This document shows positions 41,491-54,598 of a stretch of 64,000 nt of DNA, piece after piece. A program made the translations under genes and the position numbers. How positions within the stretch are numbered: the stretch's first letter is position 1; every line of letters starts with the position of its first letter. The notes beneath the pieces are model-generated. The model saw only the letters and a program-made list of their open reading frames with translations. It had not been told where the DNA came from and did no database searches. Source of the stretch: Tubiluchus corallicola (taxonomy: Eukaryota > Animalia > Priapulida); assembly GCA_030141605.1 (NCBI GenBank), contig JAQGDQ010000263.1, positions 182,793 through 246,792 of the forward strand, read 5' to 3'.

Positions 41491-42290
41491 AAACATTGTT
41501 GTTTGAACAATGTAGAGGATGAATTTCATGTAATTATTGAATGTCCACTGTACGCTCATGTTAGAGAGGAATGTTCTGTATTATTTCAGATTTCTGTCCT
41601 GAGTGTCCACTGTACGCTCATGTAAGAGAGGAATGTTTTTGTATTATTTCAGATCTCTGTCCTGAGTGTCCACTGTACGCTCATGTTAGAGAGGAATGTT
41701 CTGTATTCTTTCAGATTTCTGTCCTGAGTGTCCACTGTACGCTCATGTAAGAGAGGAATGTTTTTGTATTCTTTCAGATCTCTGTCCTGAGTGTCCACTG
41801 TACGCTCATGTTAGAGAGGAATGTTCTGTATTCTTTCAGATTTCTGTCCTGAGTGTTCACTGTACGATCATGTAAGAGTGGAATGTTTTTGTATTCTTTC
41901 TGATTTTTGTCCTGACTTTCATTATATGTCTCCTAATAAGCAGTTCGTGTTTTTAAATGCGTCACAAGATGTAGAAGTTATTAAAATTAATGCTAGATTG
42001 GTCCACAAAATATTTGAAGATAAGCCCGACTGAGATAACTTACTGCAAGCTTGACTGACTGACTAACTGTAATAATATTGAGTTCATGATATGTATGTAT
42101 GTATGTTGCTCTGTTTATGTCTATTGTATGTGTTTTTTGTGCTTGAACTAGTATACCACATAAATGTTGTTTCATTGCTTTAACGTAGAATGTTTTTCTA
42201 AGTCTCGTTTTTCTTTATCTCTTCTAATTTGCTTAATGGTTTAATGAATAAATAAATAAATAAACAAACAAACAAATAAATAAATAAATT
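41491..42290 (+). mobile_element. LINE 3' end (C-terminal CCHC-type zinc finger VEDEFH..IECPLY, 3'UTR, (TAAA)n tail) with internal minisatellite
   Basis: KHCCLNNVEDEFHVIIECPLYAHVR...QFVFLNASQDVEVIKINARLVHKIFEDKPD*; same family as 1-530. Confidence 0.8.
41539..41914. repeat. 62/63-bp minisatellite, 6 units (125-bp higher-order dimer), inside a LINE ORF
   Basis: gagtgtccactgtacgctcatgt(t/a)agagaggaatgtt(c/tt)tgtatt.tttcagat.tctgtcct. Confidence 0.95.
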
Positions 42291-43172
42291 TATACACTTT
42301 TTATGCGTGTATTTAATCGGTATGCTGTAACCGGTGCAATTAAACCAAAATCCATGCACTTTAAGCACGGATTGAAATCTGGCAGAAAAGCTAAAAAGTG
42401 AAATCTAATAAACACTGTATCAATTCACAAATTGTAGCTATGACAAGCCTGAATTTACAAAACCTACAGAAAAAGAAACGCTCTTCCAACATCTATTTCA
42501 CCTAATTACCTAGTTACATTGATACTTGAAAAAAAACACACACACAGCGTTTTGGTTTAAAAACGTTAATACAGGATTGGTTTTAGCAATGTGGGGAATT
42601 TCACTAATACCCAATTACTAGCATCGCTTCATCTCACATACAAGTAGACCACAGTTCCAGATTAGTCTAAAGGGCAACTCTAAAAACAAGTATCTATGTT
42701 TCGAGCAGGTGGTAACGCGTTTAGTCGAAGGTCTAAGAAAAACAACAATGTTTCATTATTGTGCAAAACCTATCAAAAGTAATCATTTCAACCATTATAA
42801 GCTTGGTCGTAACGCTTAAGCTAAAATTAGTTGGAATTTGGAAAAGAACGCCAAAGAAGTATACATGCTGTTCCAGTTTTATGCGTTATTGACTTTTTGG
42901 AGTTCAATACTCTTTCTTCTTTTTCTTTGTTCGAAACGTTTAGTTTGTCCTTAATTTGCACACAATGCAGAAATTTCACGACGCAGCTGCAACTGCCGCT
43001 GTTACGGGGAAAAGAGAAATTGTGTTCAAAATTCAATGGCGTTTATTTTTGCAGACATCGGAAATTTTACTTGTTCGACTTTCTTTTAACAGAAACGCAT
43101 AAAAAGAAGCTGCTGACTCCATTCTAATAATTTATTCTATTATAAATTTGCATATAGCCTTATACTATTTAC

Positions 43173-43185
43173 GTAGTAGTAGTAC

Positions 43186-43263
<78 letters not shown>

Positions 43264-43393
43264 CAGTAGCAGTAGCAGTAGCAGTAGCAGTAGCAGTAGC
43301 AGTAGCAGTAGCAGTAGCAGTAGTAGTAGTAGTAGCAGCAGCAGCACCAACACCACCCACCACCACCACCACCACCACCAACAGCAGCAGCAG
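43173..43393. repeat. (TAG)n-(TAGCAG)n-(CAC)n compound repeat
   Basis: Directly visible. Confidence 0.95.
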
Positions 43394-44105
43394 TATATTT
43401 ACTCAGAAGTGTACGTACGTGCTGTACTTTTTGATTACTTAAAATTTTTGTGAAACCAAGATAAATTCCTTGCGAAGAGTTTCTTTCTTAAATTCTAGCA
43501 AATACATTTAGAAATGTGTAAAAACGAACATTTTGTAGTTTTTCGGTCACACAGTAGAATCTTAAAATTACCTATAAAGGCAAATGCTTAACTACGTACA
43601 CAAATTCTGCACATTCTGTTTGCTTAACAGACAGTCTGCTAACAGGAGTCCTTTCAACTCAAAAATTTACAAGAGAATGAGAAACCTTGAAAGAAAAACA
43701 GAAACGTGCTAAAATTGCCAGCAAAAAAAAACGCACGAAGAAAACGATTCGTTCTGCCTTCGCAAAAAATCAATAAATATCAGTTACGATAAAATTATAA
43801 CAAGTTCCAATGATCGTATTAAATATTTTGCTTTTTCCTTGGCAACTCTGTCTAAACAGTCAATTTATTAAAGACAGTGCGAGGTCATATTCTACCCCGC
43901 ATCACCAGTTAAGCAGATTTTTCATTAATATCAAGGTAAACAGAAAAACCATGTACTAACTTTGAAGAAATTTGTCTACCTGACACAGCTCATTAAAAGA
44001 AGACAGGATGATTTTTCATTCACTGTTTCATTTTCAAGTAAGGTAAAAAAATATAGATTTTAACACCAAGAATACTGCAACAGTGTTTCTGATAATTAAA
44101 TAATA

Positions 44106-44600
44106 GGTTAAAATCTCAATGAACGGCGGGCGAGCCCAACTATTGTTGACATCACAAACTAACATAATTTTCAACAGCAAAAATATTCCACGAACGAGCG
44201 TGTTGCACGTGTTTGCGAAAGTTGAAGTACAGTGCTACCGTAAGATATTCAGTGTGTTGTACTAAAACTCGGCACGTTTTAAGATAAAAATTGAAATTTC
44301 AAATTTTCCGCTCTGCTCAGGATCATAAATGCATAAGCTGTCTAACGTGTGCATACGTCACAAACGAACACCTGTGAACTGAGAGGTACAGCATCTGTTT
44401 TAGTGCAACGTGTTTCGGAAATCCAGGCTCTGATACCCGTCTATCGAATAGCGAAATGCATGTAACAGCGAAGAACTAGTGGCGCAAACGAGAAATTTTG
44501 TTTGCGTGGTAATAATTCTTTCACCTAAGTCATTTTTGAAAAAAATAGTATGTTTTCTCTCAATATTTTAAAGAGTAGATTATTTTGATCTATGTGCTGA
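44106..44600 (+). mobile_element. Dispersed repeat family K2 (copy 1)
   Basis: ggttaaaatctcaatgaacggcgggcgagccc... shared with 54005-54598. Confidence 0.7.
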
Positions 44601-45149
44601 AACTCACATGATGCTTAACTAGAACATTTGAAATTCCTCTGAATCAACAAATATACACCATTCAGTATGAAAGTGAAAGAGGCAGAAAAGTCAGGAGAAG
44701 TCTTGAGGCCACTGTAATTAAGCTTTCAAAGGTAAAATTACACTCTTCTTAAACTACACCATTTAGAGTGGGGATGAATTAGAAAGTTGAAGAAATGACC
44801 GGTTTGGAGTTTTTTGTGTTGAGCAAGAGACGCTTTTGCCTGCAGCGTAGAATGAGGTCAGTAGGTACTTGAGCGTAATGAAGAAGAAGAATACTTTTTC
44901 TGTCTCTTGGGTTTACTTCACTTGACAGAAGCTGTTCCACTTACTACTGCCACCCCACTTTCAATTTGCTTAAAACAATAGCGTCAGTAAGCACTTTGGA
45001 AATATTCGCGAATTGTTAAGATTGAGGAATATAGATCTTTAAGTAATATTAATATAATAAATTATTATAATTTATTAGAATTTATCATAATAATATAATA
45101 AACTCGTTTTGGACATAATCCAGGGTAAAACCTTAAATAACTCAATACT

Positions 45150-45323
45150 TATTTGCAAGGTGATAGAGATTATGATTACCCGCATGTTAGTTCGATACAC
45201 CGGCGTACTTGGTCGAAAAAGCAACGGTGCCACGTTTTAAGTCTTTGGAATTACGCGATCGGGAGTTGAACCCGCGACCTACAGGGTGGGAAACGCTTAC
45301 GCTACCACTGAGCTACGGCACCC
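45150..45323 (-). mobile_element. tRNA-derived SINE with Meta-domain-like core
   Basis: A box TAGCTCAGTGG, B box GGTTCAACTCC, then CCAAAGACTTAAAACGTGGCACCGTTGC; no complete cloverleaf. Confidence 0.7.
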
Positions 45324-47099
45324 AGTCAGAGTGTGGGTTTAATGATCCATGTCTTTGATACCAATAATGTTTCATATTTCGAGCAAAATTTGGATTCAAT
45401 AGTTTAATAAATACTCTTAAATAAATAATTAATAATAATTAGCAGATTCATTAAATGATTTTGTCACTAATTTTATTTAGCTCAGTAACAAGGCTAATTA
45501 CATTCATGCAGTCCTGGTGGTGTACATTTGTGAGCAAAATAATTCCAAGTTCCAGAATATTAGTTAACATTTTTTACGTAAGAATGTTCAAGAACGGACG
45601 GCTTTGCTTTGCCAAAACGTCACGTGACAGTTGCAGTTAAGACGCATTGTTGCGGTGCACCTAACCGTTGACCTGCAGCAACTGCGCGTGCGCACCACGA
45701 AACTGTGAAAAGGCTCACTGTAGTAAAAGGCGATAAAACAGGCGTATGGTTGTGATAAACAATTTTTATAAATTTGGATGTGTTATAATTATTCTTGAAG
45801 CATTTTCTTTATTTTAGGGAAAGGGGAGAGAGCCGCATGATCACGATTAACAAATCTTACAAATTTTAATGATGCTCGTGATTATTCCATTTTTTTTATA
45901 TTTTAGGGGGAGGCGAGAAAGTGCATGTAAAAGCCGAAGTGAAATAAAATGCGATGTTCATATCTGAACTGCAACTGTAACTATGTCAGCAGTAGCAGCA
46001 GTTCAATGCACGTAAAACAGTATGTACGTGAAAGTGTCAATAGAACGACAACTCTCTGTTTTCGATAATGCCCGCAAAGACAGCAATCTTGTTGCATGAA
46101 AGGTGCATCACTGAAGCGAAGTAAGGAGGATATTTATACAAGTTGTACAACAAGTCTAAAGCAAACACGCTTTATTAAATAATCAGAAAATCGAAAGTGT
46201 GTTTCGTGCGCAATGAACAAAAATCTCATGACAAGTTGTGAAAAGGGCAGATTCATGTTAATAGAAACAGCTGCAATTAAACAGCGGGTTGTTACCCTTT
46301 TGAGATGAAGCGTAATCTCAAATTGAGGCATAATCTTTGTGTATGCATCTTTAACGTCAAGACTAATTAGAAGTAATAATGTTTATAAACTAAGGTGAAT
46401 AGCCACTTCTTACAATGGAGTTAAGACCTCATAAATTCCTCTTAAATTTTCTAACGAGCTATCCTATATCACGATGTCATGAGTATTACAATTGTTGGCA
46501 TCAAATTAAAATGAAAATTACGCAAAAATAACGCAACTTAATTCTCGTCGTTCAAATGGCAGCATGTGCCATGTGGTATGCGGAACCCAATAAACCTATT
46601 CAGATTGTCGAGTATAATAAATTGCAACGAACTAAGTGAGATTAAAATCACTGAAAGTCACAATTTCGTTTCATTTCAATTAATTCTCGTTCACAAAATA
46701 GAGAATGAAAACCAGTGAGAACTTTACACGACATTCAAAACAGACAAAAGTTGGTAGGACGATTGCCATCTGTAACAATGAATGTAACAATGTAACAACT
46801 AACAATGGATGTCAATCATTTGCCCGATTTGATCATCGCAAAATCGAAAATTTTCTTTGAGACAAAATGTACGAGGCAATATTCAGACTGGTTGACTTAG
46901 GAAGTTTTACACTGTGCACACTTTCTCAAGACATTTTCGAACAATTGTTGTTTGTTATGTTCGTGGGAGACTGAACTCTTAACTTGCGCAGTCCTTTTGA
47001 AAAAAAGTGCAATTAACTTGCCCCCGTTATTTCCAATTTATGCAACTACTAGTCTCGTACGCAAATAACGAAAAACTGCACAATTTTTAAAATAATTAA

Positions 47100-47770
47100 A
47101 GGACAAGAAAAGGGGTAGCTGAAAAATCTCCTTTAAAAATTATATTACTTCATAGCATTTTTATGCGTATATCGTACTCGCGTTGAAAGGATTTTTGGTT
47201 TGTTTTCATTTTTAATCTCTCACAATACTATTCCGACCGTGACATTACATGACGTCATATACGCAGACGTAAATCAACGGAAGAAAAGGAAATGTTAAAT
47301 TTAAACTATGTTACAAAAAACTTCCCGTACAAAATTATATTACTTGGCATTTCGTTCACCTACTTGAAAGACTCATGTAACTAGAAAAGAAAATTATTAA
47401 TTATTTAAAATGTTTTCACCAATTGGTAAAATGTCACTGACTCACCTCCAGGGTGCACCACTTACTAACTAAAAAACGTATTTTTAATCTTATTGACAAG
47501 ATACGGTAATTTAAAATTTTACTATGTGACGTGCGCGCTACGAATGCTCTGATTATTTTTTCAAACTTTACTCAGTGTTATCTAAACTTGTTTTAAATCG
47601 TTAAATGGCTGCGTCTAACGTTCATCGTGAGAGTTTAAATTTACATGTTTTACACAGCGTTACTGTCGACGCAAGCCATACATGCAAAAAGGCAGTACTT
47701 AAGTGGTCTAAAATTTCAAGAAGAATTTTCTAAACTTTATGTAAGTGGAGCGTTTTCTTGTAATTAACAG
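47100..47770 (+). mobile_element. Dispersed repeat family K3 (TTAA-AGGACA terminus)
   Basis: Inverted diverged copy at 58425-59117 (ccagggtgcacca, cttattgacaag, aaatggctgcg shared). Confidence 0.7.
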
Positions 47771-48478
47771 GACAACAAGACAGGATTCTTAGATAAAGCT
47801 AAAGTATTGTCTTGAAACATTAGCAGTAACGTTTCATAAAACTTGCGAATATAAACTGCCACTCAGACAGTTATAAGTGCAGCTATTTTAAATGGTCAGA
47901 CGTTTTTAATGACCAGATGCATTTGCCCAGAACAGTGTATGTTTTTTATGTGAACTAACACTGATTGTCTGTCTTTTATTATGATGGTCAATGTTTTTAA
48001 AATGGCAAATAAAGAGTTTACGACTACTACTACTAATACTATGTCGCGTAAGAAATTTACGTCGCTAAAAGAAAGCTTGGGCAATTTTACGTAAATTTCG
48101 GAAAAATAATCAGAGCATTTGTAGTACATACTTCACTAACTAAGCAAAAGTAGAAATTATTTTATCTCGTTAATAAGATTAATATGTCTTTTGATAAGTC
48201 AGTAACGTTTCTGCGGTTGGACGCGAACATTTTAAATTAGAATTTCCAATTTTTTCAATTCAATTAATTTATTCCGCAAAATACACGCACTGTACAATAC
48301 AATCAAAATTCAATACATATACGATAACGTTAATACAATTAACATTACAAATTAAACATGGCGCTGAAACCAAGAGCAAGGCCATCAGAAGGAGACCAAT
48401 TTTCTTTTCTTCACACTTCCTTCTTAATATGAAAAGTTCTTCGGGACATCTTTAAAAATCTGTTTTCTTACTCTTTAA

Positions 48479-49028
48479 AGGGAGACCGGACGATTGTTTA
48501 GACTCAATCTCATTTTAATTTACTGTCCAAAATATACATTTTCTTGCCTATAAAAATTAACAATTGTTCCTTATGTTTGAATAATTAGCTTAGAAAGTTG
48601 ATTAACGGCAACCGAATACAGCTACTTGCTTACGTCAGAAACTAACAACAGTTTGTGCAATGGCGGGCGTTTTCCCTTGCACATCAAGCACATTTGCATA
48701 AGTGTTACAGTACCTATTAAACGTGTGATGTCACGAAAAATGGGCTTTACGTCATATGACGTCAGAAACTAACACAGCAGTTCATGATCATGGTTATCAC
48801 GGTACCGCCTTCTATTGGACGCCTAGGCGAATGTGACAAAAAGGCGCCATTGCAAATCGTATTAGATTCACTGAGCCGTGCGTAGCTTTGAAAGTTTAAC
48901 GAAATTTGAATATCCGCTGTAATTATTATTTAATCTAAGCTCTGATTTAAAATAAGTTATTATAGTTTTCAATATTTTAGAGCATTCTTTATTCTGAACT
49001 AATGTTTACACAATCACCCGGTTTTCCT
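48479..49028 (-). mobile_element. Full-length K1 copy
   Basis: TTAA-flanked, same TIRs and body. Confidence 0.85.
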
Positions 49029-49698
49029 TTAATGCTATAAGTTTTTCACTAAAATTTTATTCACTTTTTATTTCAATGTAAATACATGTAATTAGGTTAA
49101 TTGAAATTAAATTGTGCATTTTATAGCCATTTTAAACTGAATTAGTTTTTAGCCGCTACGTGAAACATCGTGTACAATTAACAGATGATGAAATAAATTT
49201 TTACCTAAATTTTTTTATAAATAATTACTAGATACATTGAAGTATTTTATCTTTTTTCATTGTGATCTCTATGTACTTTGTAATCGACAATAATTGAACA
49301 ACATTCATTGCCAGGTGTGAAAATTCACCTAACTTTAGATTTGCCATTGAATTCAGTAATTTACAAACTGTTGCTGTTGTCTCCACTGGCACTGCTGTTG
49401 ATGATGATCGTGACGACATCGATGCAATAATAATGTCAGTGACGATGCTAACGATAATGACGGTGATGGTGACAACAATGACGATGATATCGATCATGAA
49501 GATGATGAGAGTGATGATGATGAGGACGACGACCACGACGACGATGATGACGACGACAACGATGATAATGATGATGACGACGACGAGACTATGACAACGA
49601 TGCATAATAACTTAGAGAAACCTAAAGATGAACTGTTTTTAAGAAGACAAAGGAAGACTAAGTACTTCTGATAATATAAGCTCATTTGAAAAGCTTAC

Positions 49699-49789
49699 CT
49701 TCTGTAGAAAAAGTCTTTGTTCGTCGCAAAGGTTGATTATGGGATCTAATAGCGTGCACACGTCCTGTTCACTAAGACTGCTGGCTTTT
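49699..49789 (-). CDS. Exon of DH/RhoGEF-like gene (KASSLSEQDVCTLLDPIINLCDEQRLFLQK), DH CR2-like
   Basis: Strong acceptor ctttactttacttatag, AAG|gtaagc donor, 91 nt phase 2->0; resembles the DH segment LS.EE...LF..I..I...H..FL..L. Confidence 0.75.
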
Positions 49790-50635
49790 CTATAAGTAAA
49801 GTAAAGAAGTAATTGTACAAATTTAGCCTTTATAACCGTCTCAGCAACTATTGTCCCACTAATTTTAGGAAGTATTAATTTATTGTATACGTTTTACTGA
49901 AGTCATTGTACTGTACACAACGACAGTAAACATTGTTTAATAAATATGCTAAAACAACTTTGTGCATACTAGAATCAACAGTATCAGTGTGTGAATAAAT
50001 TAAGGATTAATTTAAGAAAGGCTTGTCCATACCGTAATGTTAATTGCACACTTTGTAAATTATTGACCATTGAGACGTGTGAATGCGCAGCTATGATGCA
50101 GATCCAAAAACGGTACATTGCATGTGAGCCGGATATCCGTTTCTAGTTTTTACTGGAAGATTGATTCCAGGTTCAATGAGGTAGTCTGTATTGTCAGTAT
50201 CTACCAACCCAGTACTTCAATATTTTAAACTGAACTAAACTATATGACGTGTGACCATTTCTAAAGTGCTTATAATGTGGCGTGCTGCGTTCCATTTACA
50301 AGAGTTGCTTTAGTATTATAGTGCTCACTGATTTTTGTAATAAATAAATAAATATCATTCTTTTAGATATAATTTAATGTTTTTTTTACTAAATTCTAGA
50401 TTGTTTATTACTTTTTATATTCCAAATTGTCAGTCATTCTTTTAGACACAAGCCTTTCGTAGTTTCGTTGTGCGCATGCGCTGGAACTATAGAAAGGCTT
50501 ATAGCTCAGTATAGTTTGGCACATTGTTTTGGCAATAATTAACAGACAATCGGTATAACTCACATAAGCCTAATAAACGATATTTGTTTTATTTAATACG
50601 GTGTAGCATGTATGGATTTAACGATGTTAGTTTAA

Positions 50636-51177
50636 AGGAAAACCGGATGATTGTGTAAACATGAGTTCAGAATATAGAGTGCTCTAAAATATTGAAAACT
50701 ACAATAGCTTATTTTAAATCAAAGCTTAGATTAAATAATAATTACCCCGGACTCAAATTTCGTTAAACTTTCAAAGCTATGTGCGGCTCAGTGAATCTAC
50801 TGAGACTGGCAGCGGAGCCTTTTTGTCACGTTCGCGCGGTCGACAAATAGAAGGCGGTAAGGTGATAAGCGTGATCATGAACTGCTGTGTTAGTTTCTGA
50901 CATCATATGATCTACAGCCCATTTTTCGTGACATTATGCGTTTAAGTAGTAACACTTATGCAAATGTGCTTGACGCGCAAGGGAAGACGCCTGCCATTGC
51001 ACAAACTGTGGTTAGTTTCTGACGTAAGCAATAGCTGTGTTCGGGTGCCGTTAAATAACTTTCTAAGCTAATTATTCAAATATAAGGAACAATTGCTAAG
51101 TTTTATAGGCAAGAAAATGTATATTCTGGACAGTAAATTAAAATGAGATTGAGTCTAAACAATCGTCCGGTCTTCCT
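50636..51177 (+). mobile_element. Full-length K1 copy
   Basis: TTAA-flanked, same TIRs and body. Confidence 0.85.
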
Positions 51178-51199
51178 TTAATACAGGGCAAGTATTCGC

Positions 51200-51545
51200 C
51201 AGAATGTGAATGTCTTACGTCATACCGGTCCAAAGTCATTGGAGTTAAGAAATCAAGATCCGAAGATTAAGATGGCTAGGATATCTTCTAAAATTATCAA
51301 ATGAAGTACCAGTAAGAATCGCTTTAAAGGAAGCTTTAGAACCTTGCAAAAAACCACCTGGTAAACCAAAAACAACTTGGATAGCTAAGATAAATAGAGA
51401 CGTTCAACAGCTTCAACCAAATCTATCTCTAGGAGTAGAAGAACTCGCGGTGTTAGCAGCAGATAGAAGTGGGTGGAATACTCTGATAAATCCTGATACC
51501 TCAATGCCTACTATAGGTGGAATGAGATTTTGAAGAAGAAAAAGA
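51200..51545 (+). mobile_element. RTE-clade LINE 3' end
   Basis: Translates as EIKIRRLRWLGYLLKLSNEVPVRIALKEALEPCKKPPGKPKTTWIAKINRD...AADRSGW, followed by a GAA-rich tail. Confidence 0.85.
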
Positions 51546-51999
51546 AAACGAGCGGTGCTGCGTAGCACGTATGCAGTATGGAATAGTTCATTCCCTTGTA
51601 AGTCATAAATACTGGCAAAGCCACGGAAGAGCAAATATTGACACAGTAGGCCTATATCTACATGAAATATCTCACATGGTTAAATATGACGATCATAAAT
51701 TTCTTACACCTTTTGCAACCAATATAACCAGCAAAAATTTTACAGTAGGCCTATGTACTCTCAGTCAGAGTATAAATGAAAGTACAAATATTGTGCTTGT
51801 AAGGTGAGCCGCAGTACAGGTGATAAAAATGGCCTAGAAGAAGACAGGTTTCCGTATGCAAAAATAGTAGTAGGCCTACAACATTAACAATATTTTCTCT
51901 ACATGTTTCTTTCGGTTCAAAAATAAATTCACTTAAGTAGATACTATTTAAAGGGGCTAAAGTTAATACCCCCACACAAGAAATTAGTTTGTGAATCAG

Positions 52000-52186
52000 A
52001 TTAGAGTTAGGATGAGGGTTAAGGTTAGGGTTAGGATTAGGGTTAGGTTTAGGATTAAGGTTAGGGTTAAGGTTCGGATTAGATTTAGGAGTAGAAGTAG
52101 GGTTAGGGTTAAGGTTAGGATTAGGATTAGGTTTAGGGTTAGGATTAGGTTTAGGGTTACGGTTAGGGTTAACGTTAGGGTTAGAG
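52000..52186 (+). repeat. Degenerate interstitial (TTAGGG)n-like tract
   Basis: ttagggttaaggttaggattagggttaggtttagg..., about 30 hexamers. Confidence 0.85.
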
Positions 52187-53456
52187 TATTTAAAATGTGT
52201 GGGTAATTATATTCTCTTTCCCATAAAGGTTAAATGAAATTTGCCTAATCCCTTGGCTTTTCGAAACCGAGGCCTGTGACAGTTGCACAAGTTCACATTA
52301 TTGGAATCACCAGACAGCACTGACACCAATGTTCCGATACAATAAATTAACCAAAATATGCAAGTATTTCATTTACTATTACCTCCCAGAAATTTTACTG
52401 AGACGCTAGTTATACAACATTGTGACGGACACGTTTATGAACGTACGATCCATGGTTGGAGGAAGTGGTGTGCAGAATATGGAACTCCGATGGAGACACA
52501 TGGAGTAGGCGTACGCTTTGGAATAGTGGAGACTTTTATCTACGCGCTGACAACCTGCGAACGTGTTGCAGTTGAAGCTAGAAAGAGCTTGGCAAGCTGG
52601 TAGCGTAAGTGGGTAGGAACTAACACTTTTATTTCAGTATTGTAGTTTATTTGGTACTTGTTAAACATAATTGCTCTGCGAAATGTGTTGTTATACCTCA
52701 ATAAATATGTTTTTTCATTAGCTTAAACAAGTGGTAAAGACGATTTTTAAAACAACTGCTAGGCTATTAAGAACATCAGTGAAAGATTCTTGGGAGTTTA
52801 ATAGTAAAGCAACGCTTGAAGTAATTTGAACTGTAATGATATCCAAAAGAACCAATCTCCGTATAGGTGTGCCCCCGTAGAGATACCTAGACCGTTTCAG
52901 ACTACCCCACTCATGTGAACGGGTACAGTGTGTAGACAGCCCCTTCGCATAAACATGACGAGAGTCCTAGACACCAATGGACGGCAGTTACATCAAACGG
53001 TAAAACGAAACTGAATTACTAAATCAAAAATTACCCACATGTAGACTTGAACAATTTAGCAGAAACTACAGATGAACTGAACAAGTCAGACGTCACGTGA
53101 CATGCAGACCTGAAGTGCAATGGCTTCTTAAGCGTAAAATCGTATAGTGAAAGAGCAACAAAAACGGGTAAATATTTAACAAGTAACGATATTTTTTACT
53201 CATTTCATTACTCATAAAATAATTATTTCAAGGAATAACTTAAAATACTAGTGTAAATGAACGAGGATAAAACCCGAGGGCCCATAGAATCAGTTCCGTG
53301 TACTGCATCTATGCCTTATAAACTTAGTTTTCATAAAACACACAAATGAAGTATTGTTTCAAAATCAGCTGTTTTAGAACATAACAATGCAGTCAAAGGC
53401 TCATACAATTAATCACAATTACTATTCGGGAGTTAAAGCAAAGCGAGGTATCCTAC

Positions 53457-53993
53457 GCCAAAATGTGTAGGATTTACGAGATAATTTTTCATATCCTGCC
53501 ACATTTTGAAGTACCCCAAAATGTGTAGGATTTACGAGATAATTTTTCATATCCTATCACATTTTGAAGTGCCCCAAAATGTGTAGGATTTACGAGATAA
53601 TTTTTCATATCCTATCACATTTTGAAGTACCCCAAAATGTGTAGGATTTACGAGATAATTTTTCATATCCTGCCACATTTTGAAGTACCCCAAAATGTGT
53701 AGGGTTTACGAGATAATTTTCCATATCTACCCCATTTAGAAGTACGGCGAAATGTGTACGATTTACGAGATAATTTTCCATATCTACCCCATTTAGAAGT
53801 ACAGCGAAATGTGTACGATTTACGAGATAATTTTCCATATCTACCCCATTTAGAAGTACGGCTAAATGTATACGATTTACGAGATAATTTTCCATATCTA
53901 CCCCATTTAGAAGTACGGCGAAATGTGTACGATTTACGAGATAATTTTCCATATCCTACCCCATTTTGAAGTACGGTGAAATATGTACGATTT
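53457..53993. repeat. 57-bp minisatellite, ~9.5 copies, two subtypes
   Basis: aaatgtgta(g/c)gatttacgagataatttt(t/c)catatc...gaagtac. Confidence 0.95.
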
Positions 53994-54004
53994 AATGTAC
54001 ATCG

Positions 54005-54598
54005 GTTAAAATCTCAATGAACGGCGGGCGAGCCCTACTATTGTTGACAACACAAACTAACACAATTTTTAACAGCACAAATTTTCCACAAGCGTCTTGA
54101 ACGTGTTTGCGAAAGCGAAAATTGAAGTACAGTGTTGCTGTACAATATTCAGTGTCATATACAAAAACTCGGTAAATTTTAATGTAAAAATCCAAATTTT
54201 AAATCTACCGCTGTGCTCATGCATGAGTTCTCGAACGTACGTATTATGTCACAAACGAACAGTTTTGAACTGAGAGGAGCGTTTCCGAAATGCAGGCGCT
54301 AGTGTACGTCTTAACTAACGAGTAACGAAAAGCGATGAACTAGCCTCAGAACACGAAATTACTTTTGTGTGGTAACAATTGTAGTAGTACATCACAAACG
54401 AACAAATCTGAACTGAGAGGTATAGTACGTGTTTCCGAAATGCAGGCGCTAATCAAGAACTAGCCGCGGTAGCATGAAATGACTTTTGTGTTGTAATAGT
54501 CACGTAAGTCATTCTTTAAAAAATAGTATGTTCCCTATCAATATTTTAAAATGTAGATTGTTTTGACCTACAGTTCAGGATTAGGTCCGGTTTTCCTT
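54005..54598 (+). mobile_element. Dispersed repeat family K2 (copy 2), ending in the Kolobok-like terminus CCGGTTTTCCT-TTAA
   Basis: Homologous to 44106-44600; terminus shared with K1. Confidence 0.7.

Noticed and set aside
45250-45323. tRNA gene
   Set aside because: A and B boxes are present, but the acceptor and anticodon stems do not pair; it continues into a SINE-like core
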